A stretch of DNA of 64,000 bases. It comes from Rickettsiales bacterium. GTDB taxonomy: Bacteria > Pseudomonadota > Alphaproteobacteria > Methylaequorales > Methylaequoraceae. Location: positions 78,115-142,114 of the forward strand of contig NZHE01000024.1 of the NCBI GenBank assembly GCA_002691145.1, given 5' to 3'. How positions within the stretch are numbered: the first letter of the stretch is position 1; every line of letters starts with the position of its first letter. The notes below the pieces were generated by a model, which searched no databases, was not told the DNA's origin, and saw only the letters and a list, made by a program, of their open reading frames with translations. A program made the position numbers and the translations under genes. Of the stretch, positions 19,099 through 28,395 are shown piece after piece.

Positions 19099-20342
19099 TA
19101 TCTACTCAATTTTTTTTTCCAGTGTATGTAGATATCATTAAAAAAAACCTCACTCCAATTTTTGATGTATAAATTAGATAAATTTTTTTTTATTTCTTTT
19201 ATATCCTGTCCCTTGTTAAACAAATATTCTATTTTTTTTGTCCATTTTTCTGCAGTAAACTCGTCTATAATAATCCCATCCCAACCATTTTTGTTAATTC
19301 TTTTTCCCCCTCCATTGGGACTTACTAAACATACGGCTCCACATGCTTTTGCTTCCAAAACAACGTTTGGACCAATTTCATACTGTGATGGAAATACAAA
19401 TAAATCACAAACTGTATATAAGTTAGCAATCTCATTTTGAGGTAAGTACCCAAGTACGTGTAATTTTTCAGGAGCAATAATCTTACAGTGGTCACCGTGA
19501 ATATCTTCACCAGCCATTATTGTTGACACACTAAAACCTTTCGACACAAGCTTATTATGAACCTCTGCAAGCAAAATGGCTCCTTTTAGCTTATGAACTC
19601 TTCCCGAGAAAAAGAGAATTCTATCTTTTTTAGGAATACAATATTTTTCTTTAATTTTTGATGTGCTTATTTTTTTTCTATAAAAAATACTTTTTACTAC
19701 TCCTCTATTTAATTTTGTAATATTAGAATTTTTTGTACAATTAATCAGTTTACTCGGGCTATATATTTGATCAGCAACCATGGCATGATTTACCTTTTCT
19801 ATGTACCTGTATAATTTCTTCAACATTCTTTTCTCAAAAAGATTTGGAATCATCACTTTTTTTATCAAGAAATTATTTAGGCCCAAAAATTTAAACAAAA
19901 AATTATTCAAAATATTAGTTATATAGTATTTTGTGTAAGGAGGCGTATCTGTATGAATTGATGTTGTTATAGGTATTTTCCAGAGTCTAGAGGCAAGCAA
20001 TGCTGTACTTGCCATCGAAAAAAACTGATCAGTTGTATGAATTAAATCATATTTTTTTAATTCAAATAAAAGAAATGGATTTATAGGAAAAAGATCAGTT
20101 TGATCGGCATCAATACCAAGAAATCTTAAATTTTTTGAAGAAAAAATTGGCTTTTTAATCATATAAAAAAGATGACTTGATAATTTTCTTTTTTGACTTG
20201 ATTTGCCAAGAAAAAAAATAGTCAGTTCAAAATCTATTTTTTCTTTTAAAATAATTTCTGATATTCTTTGCCAATATTTTACGTGGCCACCTGCCCTATT
20301 AGATAACTCTAAATCTACTAATACTGCAATTTTTTTTTTCAT
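19098..20342 (-). CDS. Glycosyltransferase family 4 (GT-B)
   Basis: N-terminal AGGH, HTDTPPY, RGV...F, FSGRVHKLKG, DLFVFPSQYEIGPNVVLEAKACG (EX7E). Confidence 0.9.
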   Translation of the reverse strand: MKKKIAVLVDLELSNRAGGHVKYWQRISEIILKEKIDFELTIFFLGKSSQKRKLSSHLFYMIKKPIFSSKNLRFLGIDADQTDLFPINPFLLFELKKYDLIHTTDQFFSMASTALLASRLWKIPITTSIHTDTPPYTKYYITNILNNFLFKFLGLNNFLIKKVMIPNLFEKRMLKKLYRYIEKVNHAMVADQIYSPSKLINCTKNSNITKLNRGVVKSIFYRKKISTSKIKEKYCIPKKDRILFFSGRVHKLKGAILLAEVHNKLVSKGFSVSTIMAGEDIHGDHCKIIAPEKLHVLGYLPQNEIANLYTVCDLFVFPSQYEIGPNVVLEAKACGAVCLVSPNGGGKRINKNGWDGIIIDEFTAEKWTKKIEYLFNKGQDIKEIKKNLSNLYIKNWSEVFFNDIYIHWKKKLSR

Positions 20343-20346
20343 AATC

Positions 20347-22164
20347 TTACTCAGTATCTTTAATGTTTTCTTCCTCTAAATTTCTCCATTCCTGTTCTAG
20401 TAGATTTAGTTCATATTGAAAATTTTTTAGTTTTTCACTAGTTGAAATAAATGTTTGCTTGTCCTCAATATATAAAGTTGAGTTTTCAAGTATTTCTGTG
20501 CATCTAAGAATATTTTCCTCTAATTTTTCAATTTTTTTTAAAATCTTTTTAATTTCCTTTTCGGTGTTATTAGTTTTTTTTGAAGGAATACTCTTTGTTA
20601 TTTTTGGGTCTAGATTTGTTAATTTCTCTTTTTCAGAGTAAAACTTTTCTAATACATCAGAACAACTCTGATTTGATATTTCAATTATTCCATTACCATG
20701 GAAAAAAAAAATTTTTTTACAACACTTGTCTAAAAAATCTCTATCATGTGATGCTATCAAAATTGTCCCTTTGTAATTTTCTAAAAATTTAATAAGCATA
20801 TCTAGCGTTTCTAAATCAAGGTCATTTGTGGGTTCGTCTAAAATTAATAAATTTTTAGGTGAAGCCAAAACTTTAGCTAATAAAATTCTATTCTTTTGTC
20901 CTCCTGAAAGGGAATTGATCTTATCATTTACTTCATTAGGTTTAAATAAAAAGTTTTTTAAATAACCACAAATATGGATTTTTTTGCCATTTATCTCTAT
21001 GTAACCCCCGCCGTTAGGTATTAAATTTTCTTTTATTGTTTTCTCTTGAATAATTTGTTCACTATTTTGATCAAAATAAGAATAACTTATGGAACTTCTA
21101 AATTTAACACTTCCTGTATCGGGAGAAATTTTTTTTAGTATAATATTTAAAAAAGTAGATTTGCCAACCCCATTTTTTCCAATAATTCCAATTCTTTCTC
21201 CTCTAACAAATTTATAATTAAAGTTTTCTATCATTTTAAAGTTCTTTTGACCTACATTATACGATTTCGATATATTAAAGAGTTGAACGACAACATTTGG
21301 TCCTAATTCTTCACCATCTGTAATATTAAATTTAACGTTTGAAATTGCTTTTAAAAAATCTGATTGTTCTTTTTTAAAATCTTTCTCTAGGGATTTAACG
21401 TTTTTTAATCTTCTTTCATTTCTTTTTCTTCTAGCTTTAATTCCCTTTGATAACCAATCCAATTCTTGCTTCAAAAAATTTCTTTTATTTTTTAGCTCTC
21501 TTGATTCTTGTTCAATAAGAGATTGAGACCAATCTTCAAAATTCGAAAAACCTTTTGGTGAAACCTTTATTTTCCCCCTATCCATCCAAAAGACTTTATT
21601 TGTAACATTTTTTAAAAATTTTCTGTCATGGCTTACAACTAAAAATGAACCCTTAAATTCATTATTCAGAAAGTTTTCAAGCCATCTAATGGATTCAATA
21701 TCTAAATGATTCGTTGGTTCGTCTAGTAATAAGAAATTTCCATCATCAACTAAAATCTTGAGTAGTCCTATTTTTCTAATGAGCCCCCCAGAAAGCTCTG
21801 AAATCAGATTATTGTGATTGATTTTTAATTTTTTACAATAATTTTCGATTCTAAACGTATTAAATTCATAATCATTCTCTTTAAAATAATTTTTCAAGTA
21901 ATCACTTACCGTAGACTTAGAAATTATGTTATTCTTTTGTTTTAAATAACTAATTTTTAAATTTGGATTGAACCATATTTCACCACTTTCTGGTTCTTTC
22001 TCTTTATTTAAAATTCTCATTAAAGTAGTCTTACCAACTCCATTTTTTCCTATCAAAGCAATTTTTTCTTGATTATGTATCGAAAATGAGATTTCTTTAA
22101 GAATTGGAGACTTGGTGTATTTAAAAGAACAATCTTTTAGAGTTAGAAAGGTTTCGAATCTCAT
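20347..22164 (-). CDS. ABC-F family ATPase (Uup-like)
   Basis: Two ABC domains (GKNGVGKTT / LSGG / LLDEPTNHLD and GKNGVGKST / LSGG / ILDEPTNDLD), no TMs, coiled-coil C-terminus. Confidence 0.92.
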   Translation of the reverse strand: MRFETFLTLKDCSFKYTKSPILKEISFSIHNQEKIALIGKNGVGKTTLMRILNKEKEPESGEIWFNPNLKISYLKQKNNIISKSTVSDYLKNYFKENDYEFNTFRIENYCKKLKINHNNLISELSGGLIRKIGLLKILVDDGNFLLLDEPTNHLDIESIRWLENFLNNEFKGSFLVVSHDRKFLKNVTNKVFWMDRGKIKVSPKGFSNFEDWSQSLIEQESRELKNKRNFLKQELDWLSKGIKARRKRNERRLKNVKSLEKDFKKEQSDFLKAISNVKFNITDGEELGPNVVVQLFNISKSYNVGQKNFKMIENFNYKFVRGERIGIIGKNGVGKSTFLNIILKKISPDTGSVKFRSSISYSYFDQNSEQIIQEKTIKENLIPNGGGYIEINGKKIHICGYLKNFLFKPNEVNDKINSLSGGQKNRILLAKVLASPKNLLILDEPTNDLDLETLDMLIKFLENYKGTILIASHDRDFLDKCCKKIFFFHGNGIIEISNQSCSDVLEKFYSEKEKLTNLDPKITKSIPSKKTNNTEKEIKKILKKIEKLEENILRCTEILENSTLYIEDKQTFISTSEKLKNFQYELNLLEQEWRNLEEENIKDTE

Positions 22165-22244
22165 ACTATTATATTAGTTATATAGGTATATTAAAAATAA
22201 ATTATGAATTTGAATACCTAATTTATTTATTTAAATAAAATTTT

Positions 22245-22319
22245 TGGCTGGGGTGGCAGGATTCGAACCTGCGAATGCCGATACCAAAAACCGGTGCCTT
22301 ACCGCTTGGCCACACCCCA
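22245..22319 (-). tRNA. tRNA-Gln (anticodon TTG)
   Basis: Reverse complement TGGGGTGTGGCCAAGCGGTAAGGCACCGGTTTTTGGTATCGGCATTCGCAGGTTCGAATCCTGCCACCCCAGCCA: cloverleaf, GTTCGAAT T-loop, encoded CCA. Confidence 0.97.
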
Positions 22320-22365
22320 AAAATCAATTATTACTTAAACATAATAGTTTTTTTAAGTAAACAGG

Positions 22366-23235
22366 TTAAATCTGATTTAATAAATTTCCTGAACTAATCC
22401 ACCAAAATCTATTTATATTAGAAAAAATTTTTTCTGCTTCCTTCAATTTTTGACAATTTTCAAAGAGTCCAAAACACGAAGCTCCAGAGCCAGACATTCT
22501 TGAAAAAAAACTGTCCGTTTTATTTTTAAAAATTTTTAATATCTCATAAATTTCTGGGTGAAGTTTAATTGCTATTTTTTCAAGATCATTCGAGGAATTT
22601 TTAAGTAAACCTAAGAAAGCATCATTGGTGAAGTTTTCAGGCATGACAGTTTTTGAATTATTAAAAATTTTTACATTTTCAAAAATCTCTTTTGTAGATA
22701 CTTGTTTTAAAGGGTTTACGATAAGTATTGGATATTCTGGTATATTAGAAATTGGTCTAATAATATTTCCTATGCCTTGAATAATTGCACTTCTGTTGTT
22801 AAAACAAAATGGAACATCAGAACCTAATTCTAATAAAAATTCGTCTAAAATTTTTTTTTCAATTTTAAAATTAAATCTTTTGATTAAAAATTTTAGTACT
22901 GTTGCAGCATTAGAAGAACCACCCCCTAAACCAGAACTAATTGGAAGATTTTTAACTAATTTAATTTTTACCTTGAATCTTTTTTTTGTTAAGTCTTCAA
23001 GTTTTTCAATGGCTTTTTTTACTAAATTATTATCTTTTTCATTTAAAAATCCTTTAAATGGTCCATCAATTTCAAAAAAAAATTCTCTACATTCTTTTAT
23101 TTCTAAATAATCACCTATGTTGCAGAAACACATAAGACTATTCAAATTATGATAGCTATCGTTTCTTTTTGAAAGAACTTCTAAAAAAAGATTAATTTTT
23201 GCTGGAGAAAAAAATAAGTTCTTATTTTCTTTCAT
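22366..23235 (-). CDS. ispE: 4-diphosphocytidyl-2-C-methyl-D-erythritol kinase
   Basis: SPAKINLFL, KNLPISSGLGGGSSNAA, LGSDVPF, MSGSGASCFG. Confidence 0.96.
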   Translation of the reverse strand: MKENKNLFFSPAKINLFLEVLSKRNDSYHNLNSLMCFCNIGDYLEIKECREFFFEIDGPFKGFLNEKDNNLVKKAIEKLEDLTKKRFKVKIKLVKNLPISSGLGGGSSNAATVLKFLIKRFNFKIEKKILDEFLLELGSDVPFCFNNRSAIIQGIGNIIRPISNIPEYPILIVNPLKQVSTKEIFENVKIFNNSKTVMPENFTNDAFLGLLKNSSNDLEKIAIKLHPEIYEILKIFKNKTDSFFSRMSGSGASCFGLFENCQKLKEAEKIFSNINRFWWISSGNLLNQI

Positions 23236-24882
23236 TTAAATACCGAATTTTATTTTTTTTAAAACCTTGTTTTTATGTTCAAAATTAGGATCAAATATCA
23301 ATACTTTCTTCCATTGAGAAACGGCTTCATCAAATCTCCCTGATTTCCAGTACACATCACCGAGGTGGTTATTTAAGGTAGGATCTGAGGGCATTATTCT
23401 GAGAGCATGTTCAAGTACGTCAATAGAATTCTTATAATCACCTAAATGGAAGTATGCCCAACCTAACGAATCAAGAATATATGCGTCATTTGGTTCAATT
23501 TCAACAGCAAGTGATAATAAATCAAACGCTTCATTTATTCTAACACCTCTTTCTAACCAACTGTAAGCTAAATAATTTAAAACGTATGCTGCTTCAGGAT
23601 TAAGTTCTAATGCTCTTACAAAGTCTTTCTCTGCTAAATTCCATTTTTTCATCCTCTCGTAAGAGATCCCTCGAGAATAAAAAATATTCCAGTGTTTAGG
23701 CTTCACATCAGAAATATCATCAATTATGGTATTATAGAATTTTATAGCGTCTTTGAACAGTGATTGACTCCTTAAAGTATGCGCATAATAAAGTAAGAAT
23801 TCCTTTTCTTCTGGATACTTTAAAATTAGGCTTTTAAGTAAATCATTTAACTTATCTGTTTTTTCAAGATAGCTTAAAATCTTCAATTCAAGCTTATCAA
23901 ACTTCACATCATAGATATTATCCTTTATTATTGAATTAATAATTTCAAGACTTCTTTCTTGATGACCAATCTTGTCATATAAGTTTGCGGACAATAGTTT
24001 AAGTGCATAAAAATCCGGCCTTATTTTTAGGCCAATATTTGAAAAATAAATTGCAAACTTATATAATTTTTGATCAAAAAACCAACCCGAAATATTAAAA
24101 TAAACCTCTGCAAGTGCTTCATCTGACTTAGATATTTTATTTAAGTCAAAAGTATCTAATTTGAACTTTTTTAAATTTAATTTTATACCCTCATCATTTA
24201 TATTCTTTATTAAGTTCTCCAGCAAGATAGTATTGTTATTCTCTAAATACTTAATCATTAGTAATTCAGAAAATCTTGAGGTATCTGAAAACTTATCTTT
24301 AATTAATCCAAAAAATTCGTTGCTCTTTTTCTTATCCCCTAAAATATTGTACATTATTCCTGTATGAAGACATTCTAGTGGAGAACAAGTTTCTAGACCA
24401 TTTTTATTCATATGATTTTTAAAATCAGGTTCCGCTGAAAAAGATATCCAATTTTCTATTAAATTTAAGAATACAGAATCTACTTCAGATTTTGTAATCG
24501 AGGCTAAATGTTTTTTGGCACTCTCAAAATCTTTTTTAATAAAGAAATCTGAAGAAAGGATAATATTAGAAAAAAAGTTACTAGGATCCAATTTCAATAA
24601 CTTTTTAGAAAATTCCAGAGACATTTCCCAATTATTTATAAGTAATGAATAATACAATGCTTTTTGTATTAGTTCTTTCCCTTCGATAGAACTTTTAATT
24701 TTTTTAAGAGACTTATATCCTTGATCTAGGTTCTTATTTTTTTCAAAAAAAATCCAAGATAAATAGTTGCCAGATATTGTTGATTCGTTATTTTTTGCAC
24801 CTAGAGGACTAAAAGTTAAGAGACTTATCATTAAAAAAATGCTTAATTTTTTACATGTTTGTATAATTTGGTCCTCCCGCAC
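23236..24882 (-). CDS. Exported tetratricopeptide repeat protein (start uncertain, possibly ATG at 24831)
   Basis: Signal-like N-terminus, SGNYL, C-terminal TPRs (YSRGISYER, LNYLAYSW, DSLGWAYF, HLGDVYW). Usual neighbour of ispE. Confidence 0.85.
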   Translation of the reverse strand: MREDQIIQTCKKLSIFLMISLLTFSPLGAKNNESTISGNYLSWIFFEKNKNLDQGYKSLKKIKSSIEGKELIQKALYYSLLINNWEMSLEFSKKLLKLDPSNFFSNIILSSDFFIKKDFESAKKHLASITKSEVDSVFLNLIENWISFSAEPDFKNHMNKNGLETCSPLECLHTGIMYNILGDKKKSNEFFGLIKDKFSDTSRFSELLMIKYLENNNTILLENLIKNINDEGIKLNLKKFKLDTFDLNKISKSDEALAEVYFNISGWFFDQKLYKFAIYFSNIGLKIRPDFYALKLLSANLYDKIGHQERSLEIINSIIKDNIYDVKFDKLELKILSYLEKTDKLNDLLKSLILKYPEEKEFLLYYAHTLRSQSLFKDAIKFYNTIIDDISDVKPKHWNIFYSRGISYERMKKWNLAEKDFVRALELNPEAAYVLNYLAYSWLERGVRINEAFDLLSLAVEIEPNDAYILDSLGWAYFHLGDYKNSIDVLEHALRIMPSDPTLNNHLGDVYWKSGRFDEAVSQWKKVLIFDPNFEHKNKVLKKIKFGI

Positions 24883-26491
24883 CTTCTGGAACTACCCATC
24901 TTATATTTTGGCTGGGATCCTTAATGTCGCAAGTTTTACAATGAATGCAATTTTGAGCATTAATTTGTAGTCTAGAAATATTATTTTCTTGTACGATTTC
25001 ATAAACTCCAGCAGGACAATATCTTTGTTCTGGTGAGTCATAATGTTTCAAATTGTAATCGATTGGTATTTTTGGGTTGATCAATTTTAAATGACATGGT
25101 TGATTTTCCTCGTGGTAAGTGGACGTAAAAGCAACGTTGGTTAATTTATCAAAAGTGAGCACACCGTCAGGCTTTGGGTAATCAATTTTTTTGGCTTTTG
25201 TTTTTTCGATTAATCCCTCATGATCCTTTAAATGATGTTTAAATGTCCACGGAGCTTTACCTCTAAAAATAATTTGATCAATACCAGTTAAAGTCATGCC
25301 AATCTTCAACCCCCACTTAAATGCTGGTCTAACATTTCTGGCTTTTTTTAATTCTACACCTACCCAAGAATTAGATAAATTATTTGAATAATTCTCTAGT
25401 TCATCATATTGTCTATTCTGACTTAAGGCCTCAAAAGCTGCTTCAGCAGCAATCATTCCAGATTTCATTGCAGTGTGCGAACCTTTAATTTTAGGTGTGT
25501 TGAGGGTGCCTGCATCGCACCCTAAGAGCACACCCCCGGGAAATGAAACTTTCGGAAGTGACTGCCAACCACCCTCATTTAATGCTCTAGCTCCATATGA
25601 TATTCTTTTTCCACCTTCAAATATCTTTCTAATTATCTTATGTGTTTTAAATCTTTGAAATTCGTCATATGGCGACAAGTAAGGATTTCTATAGTCTAAT
25701 CCAATTACAAATCCAACGGAAACAAGATTTCTGTCCAAATGATATAAAAATGATCCTCCATACACATCTTGCTCGAGAGGCCATCCAACAGAATGAATAA
25801 CCTCACCTGGATTTGAATTTTCATCTTTAACTTCCCAAAGTTCTTTAAGTCCAATTCCATAGGTCTGATGTTGACTATTTTTATCTAAACCAAACTTTCT
25901 GATTAATTCTTTTCCTAGATGTCCTCTACATCCTTCTCCAAAAAAAGTGTACTTTGCTCTAATATCAATGCCTCTTTGAAAGTTCGGACCTTCTTTACCA
26001 TCTTTTTCAACTCCATGATCGCCAGTAGCAATACCGCAAACATTATTGTGTTTATTAAATAAAACATCTGAAGCGGCAAATCCTGGGTAAACTTCTACGC
26101 CAAGTTCTTCTGCTTTAACTTTTAGCCAAGCACAAAAATTTCCTAAAGAAATTATGTAGTTTTCAGAATTGTGCATTACGCTTGGTAGTAAAAAATTTGG
26201 AAATTTAAAGGAGCTATTTTCACCTAAATATAGAAATTTCTCACTAGTGACTTTCGTTTTTACAGGAGATTTTAAATCTTTCCAGTTTGGAAACAACTCA
26301 TCTAAAGCTCTGGGTTCAAGAACCGCACCAGAAAGTATGTGAGAACCAACTTCTGAGCCCTTTTCAACTACGCATACGGAATAATTTTTATTATTTTTAA
26401 TACAAAGCTGTTTAAAGCGTATAGCAGCTGATAGACCGGACGGCCCTGCACCTACAATCACAACATCGTATTCCATTATATCTCTTGTCAT
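24851..26491 (-). CDS. Electron transfer flavoprotein-ubiquinone oxidoreductase
   Basis: DVVIVGAGPSGLSAA, EKGSEVGSHILSG, KIKGSHTAMKSG, 4Fe-4S CPAGVYE...NCIHCKTCDIKDP. Confidence 0.97.
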   Translation of the reverse strand: MTRDIMEYDVVIVGAGPSGLSAAIRFKQLCIKNNKNYSVCVVEKGSEVGSHILSGAVLEPRALDELFPNWKDLKSPVKTKVTSEKFLYLGENSSFKFPNFLLPSVMHNSENYIISLGNFCAWLKVKAEELGVEVYPGFAASDVLFNKHNNVCGIATGDHGVEKDGKEGPNFQRGIDIRAKYTFFGEGCRGHLGKELIRKFGLDKNSQHQTYGIGLKELWEVKDENSNPGEVIHSVGWPLEQDVYGGSFLYHLDRNLVSVGFVIGLDYRNPYLSPYDEFQRFKTHKIIRKIFEGGKRISYGARALNEGGWQSLPKVSFPGGVLLGCDAGTLNTPKIKGSHTAMKSGMIAAEAAFEALSQNRQYDELENYSNNLSNSWVGVELKKARNVRPAFKWGLKIGMTLTGIDQIIFRGKAPWTFKHHLKDHEGLIEKTKAKKIDYPKPDGVLTFDKLTNVAFTSTYHEENQPCHLKLINPKIPIDYNLKHYDSPEQRYCPAGVYEIVQENNISRLQINAQNCIHCKTCDIKDPSQNIRWVVPEGAGGPNYTNM

Positions 26492-26532
26492 AAAACCTTT
26501 TCCAAATTTATTGCATTACTTTTAACCACAAA

Positions 26533-26550
26533 ATATATATATATATATAT
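26533..26550. repeat. (AT)9 dinucleotide run in a divergent intergenic region
   Basis: Seen directly: atatatatatatatatat, ending 3 nt before the udg ATG. Confidence 0.7.
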
Positions 26551-26553
26551 GAG

Positions 26554-27264
26554 ATGAATATTAAAAACACAAAGTCTTTTATGCAATTTTATAATGAATT
26601 AGGACTAAATGAGGTATTTTCAAAAAAAACATCTGGTAAACTAAAAATTAATACAAATTTTAAAAAAGGCAAAATATTATCAACTTCAAAGAATAAAGAA
26701 AAACTTTTAAAAAATCTTGAAGCTGAGATATTAAATTTAGATATTGGATTGAAAGATACAGCTACAAATTTAGTGTTTGGCTCGGGCAATGTTAATGCAG
26801 ATGTAATGGTCCTTGGGGATGCTCCAGATTCAGAAGATGATAGAGAAGGACAACCTTTTCAGGGTGAAATTGGAAATCTACTCGAAAAAATTTTAGGATC
26901 AATCGGTCTTACAAATAAAAATACCTATTTATCAAATTTAGTATTTTGGAGACCTCCTGGAAATAGAATTGCAAACCAGGATGAAGTTAATTTATGTTTG
27001 CCATACACCGAAAAACATATTAAAATTATCAATCCTAAATATCTAATTCTTCTTGGAGGAATTACTTCTAAGTCAATACTAAAAACAGAAAAAAATATAA
27101 CCCAATTAAGAGGTAGTTACTATGCATCTAAATTTTTTGAAAAAGTTCAAATCTTCCCAATATTTCATCCTAAATTTTTAATTCAAAACTCATTAGAAAA
27201 AAAAAAAACTTGGTTTGATTTACTTTACATATCTAAAATTATAAATAATAAAGGAAATGAATAA
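26554..27264 (+). CDS. Uracil-DNA glycosylase family 4-like protein
   Basis: NLVFG.G, GDAPD.EDD..G.PF.G..G.LL, WRPPGNR, LLG, FHP motif B. Confidence 0.85.
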   Translation: MNIKNTKSFMQFYNELGLNEVFSKKTSGKLKINTNFKKGKILSTSKNKEKLLKNLEAEILNLDIGLKDTATNLVFGSGNVNADVMVLGDAPDSEDDREGQPFQGEIGNLLEKILGSIGLTNKNTYLSNLVFWRPPGNRIANQDEVNLCLPYTEKHIKIINPKYLILLGGITSKSILKTEKNITQLRGSYYASKFFEKVQIFPIFHPKFLIQNSLEKKKTWFDLLYISKIINNKGNE

Positions 27265-27787
27265 GTTAGATAATAATAAAAAATTTATACCTCTTAATAT
27301 TTCAATAGCAGTCGTATCAGATTCAAGAAATGAAAAAACTGACAAATCTGGAATAATACTAGAAAAAAAAATAATTAATTCTGGTCATAAGATTCATTCT
27401 AAAATTTTCATAAAAGATGATGAAAAAAAAATTATTGAATATCTTGATCAATCTGTAAAAGATAAAAAAATTGATGTAATAATAACAACAGGTGGAACTG
27501 GATTAACTGGTCGAGACTCAACACCTGAAGCTGTAAAAAAAATTATTTCAAAGGAAATAGAGGGTTTTGGTGAGTTATTTAGAATGTTAAGTTATAAAAA
27601 AATAGGAACTTCCTCGCTCCAATCCAGAGCATTAGCCGGAATTAAGAGCAGAAAGTTTATTTTTGCTATACCAGGCTCTCCATCAGCCTGTAATGATGCA
27701 TGGGACTATATTTTGAAGTTTCAATTAGACAGTAGATTCAAACCTTGTAATTTAGTGGAGTTACTTGATAGACTTCAAGAAAAATAA
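27257..27787 (+). CDS. moaB: Molybdenum cofactor biosynthesis protein B
   Basis: VSDSR...DKSG, TTGGTGLTGRDSTPEA, GFGELFR, QSRA, PGSPSAC, PCNLVE. Confidence 0.93.
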   Translation: MNKLDNNKKFIPLNISIAVVSDSRNEKTDKSGIILEKKIINSGHKIHSKIFIKDDEKKIIEYLDQSVKDKKIDVIITTGGTGLTGRDSTPEAVKKIISKEIEGFGELFRMLSYKKIGTSSLQSRALAGIKSRKFIFAIPGSPSACNDAWDYILKFQLDSRFKPCNLVELLDRLQEK

Positions 27788-28395
27788 TGAACGAATTAAT
27801 AGATGAGATATCAAAGTTTACAATCGGAATTGATGAGGTTGGAAGGGGTTGTTTATCAGGCCCAGTTGTAGCATGTTCTATTCTTTTAAAGAAAACAATT
27901 TTAACCGATCCTAGGCATTTGCAAATTGTCGATTCTAAAACTTTATCAATTATTAAAAGAGAAAAATTGGCTCACTTTATAAAACAACACTCAGTATTTA
28001 ATTTTGGATTATCTAGTGTTTCAGAAATAGAAAAAAATAATATTCTAATCGCTACAAAAATTGCAATGCTTCGATCTTTTAATAATTTTTATAAATTCGA
28101 CAGCCCAGTAAAAATCGATGGACCTAAATTTTTTGAATTAACAAAAAAAACAGAATTTATAATTAATGGCGATAAAAAATCTAGGGTCATTGCAGCTGCT
28201 TCAATAGTTGCCAAGTCTTTTAGAGATCAATTGATGAATAGACTATCAAAAAAATTTCCACAATATAATTGGAAAAATAATAAAGGATATGGCACGAAAG
28301 AGCATATAAAGATGATTGAAAAATTTGGCGTAACTAAATATCACAGAAAAACGTTTGAACCCATTAAAAGTATGCAATTAAATAACACAAGGTAA
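27787..28395 (+). CDS. rnhB: Ribonuclease HII
   Basis: GIDEVGRG...GPVVA, DSK, IDG, GD...IAAASIVAK, NKGYGT, HRKTF. Confidence 0.96.
   Translation: MNELIDEISKFTIGIDEVGRGCLSGPVVACSILLKKTILTDPRHLQIVDSKTLSIIKREKLAHFIKQHSVFNFGLSSVSEIEKNNILIATKIAMLRSFNNFYKFDSPVKIDGPKFFELTKKTEFIINGDKKSRVIAAASIVAKSFRDQLMNRLSKKFPQYNWKNNKGYGTKEHIKMIEKFGVTKYHRKTFEPIKSMQLNNTR

Noticed and set aside
16651-22319. Possible genomic island integrated at tRNA-Gln
   Set aside because: I saw no integrase and no duplicated tRNA 3' end, and the housekeeping-type ABC-F gene lies directly next to the tRNA.
22331-22360. Inverted repeat TTACTTAAA-N12-TTTAAGTAA between ispE and tRNA-Gln
   Set aside because: The stem is almost entirely A/T with a long loop. 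It is too weak to call a terminator and is plausible by chance at this composition.
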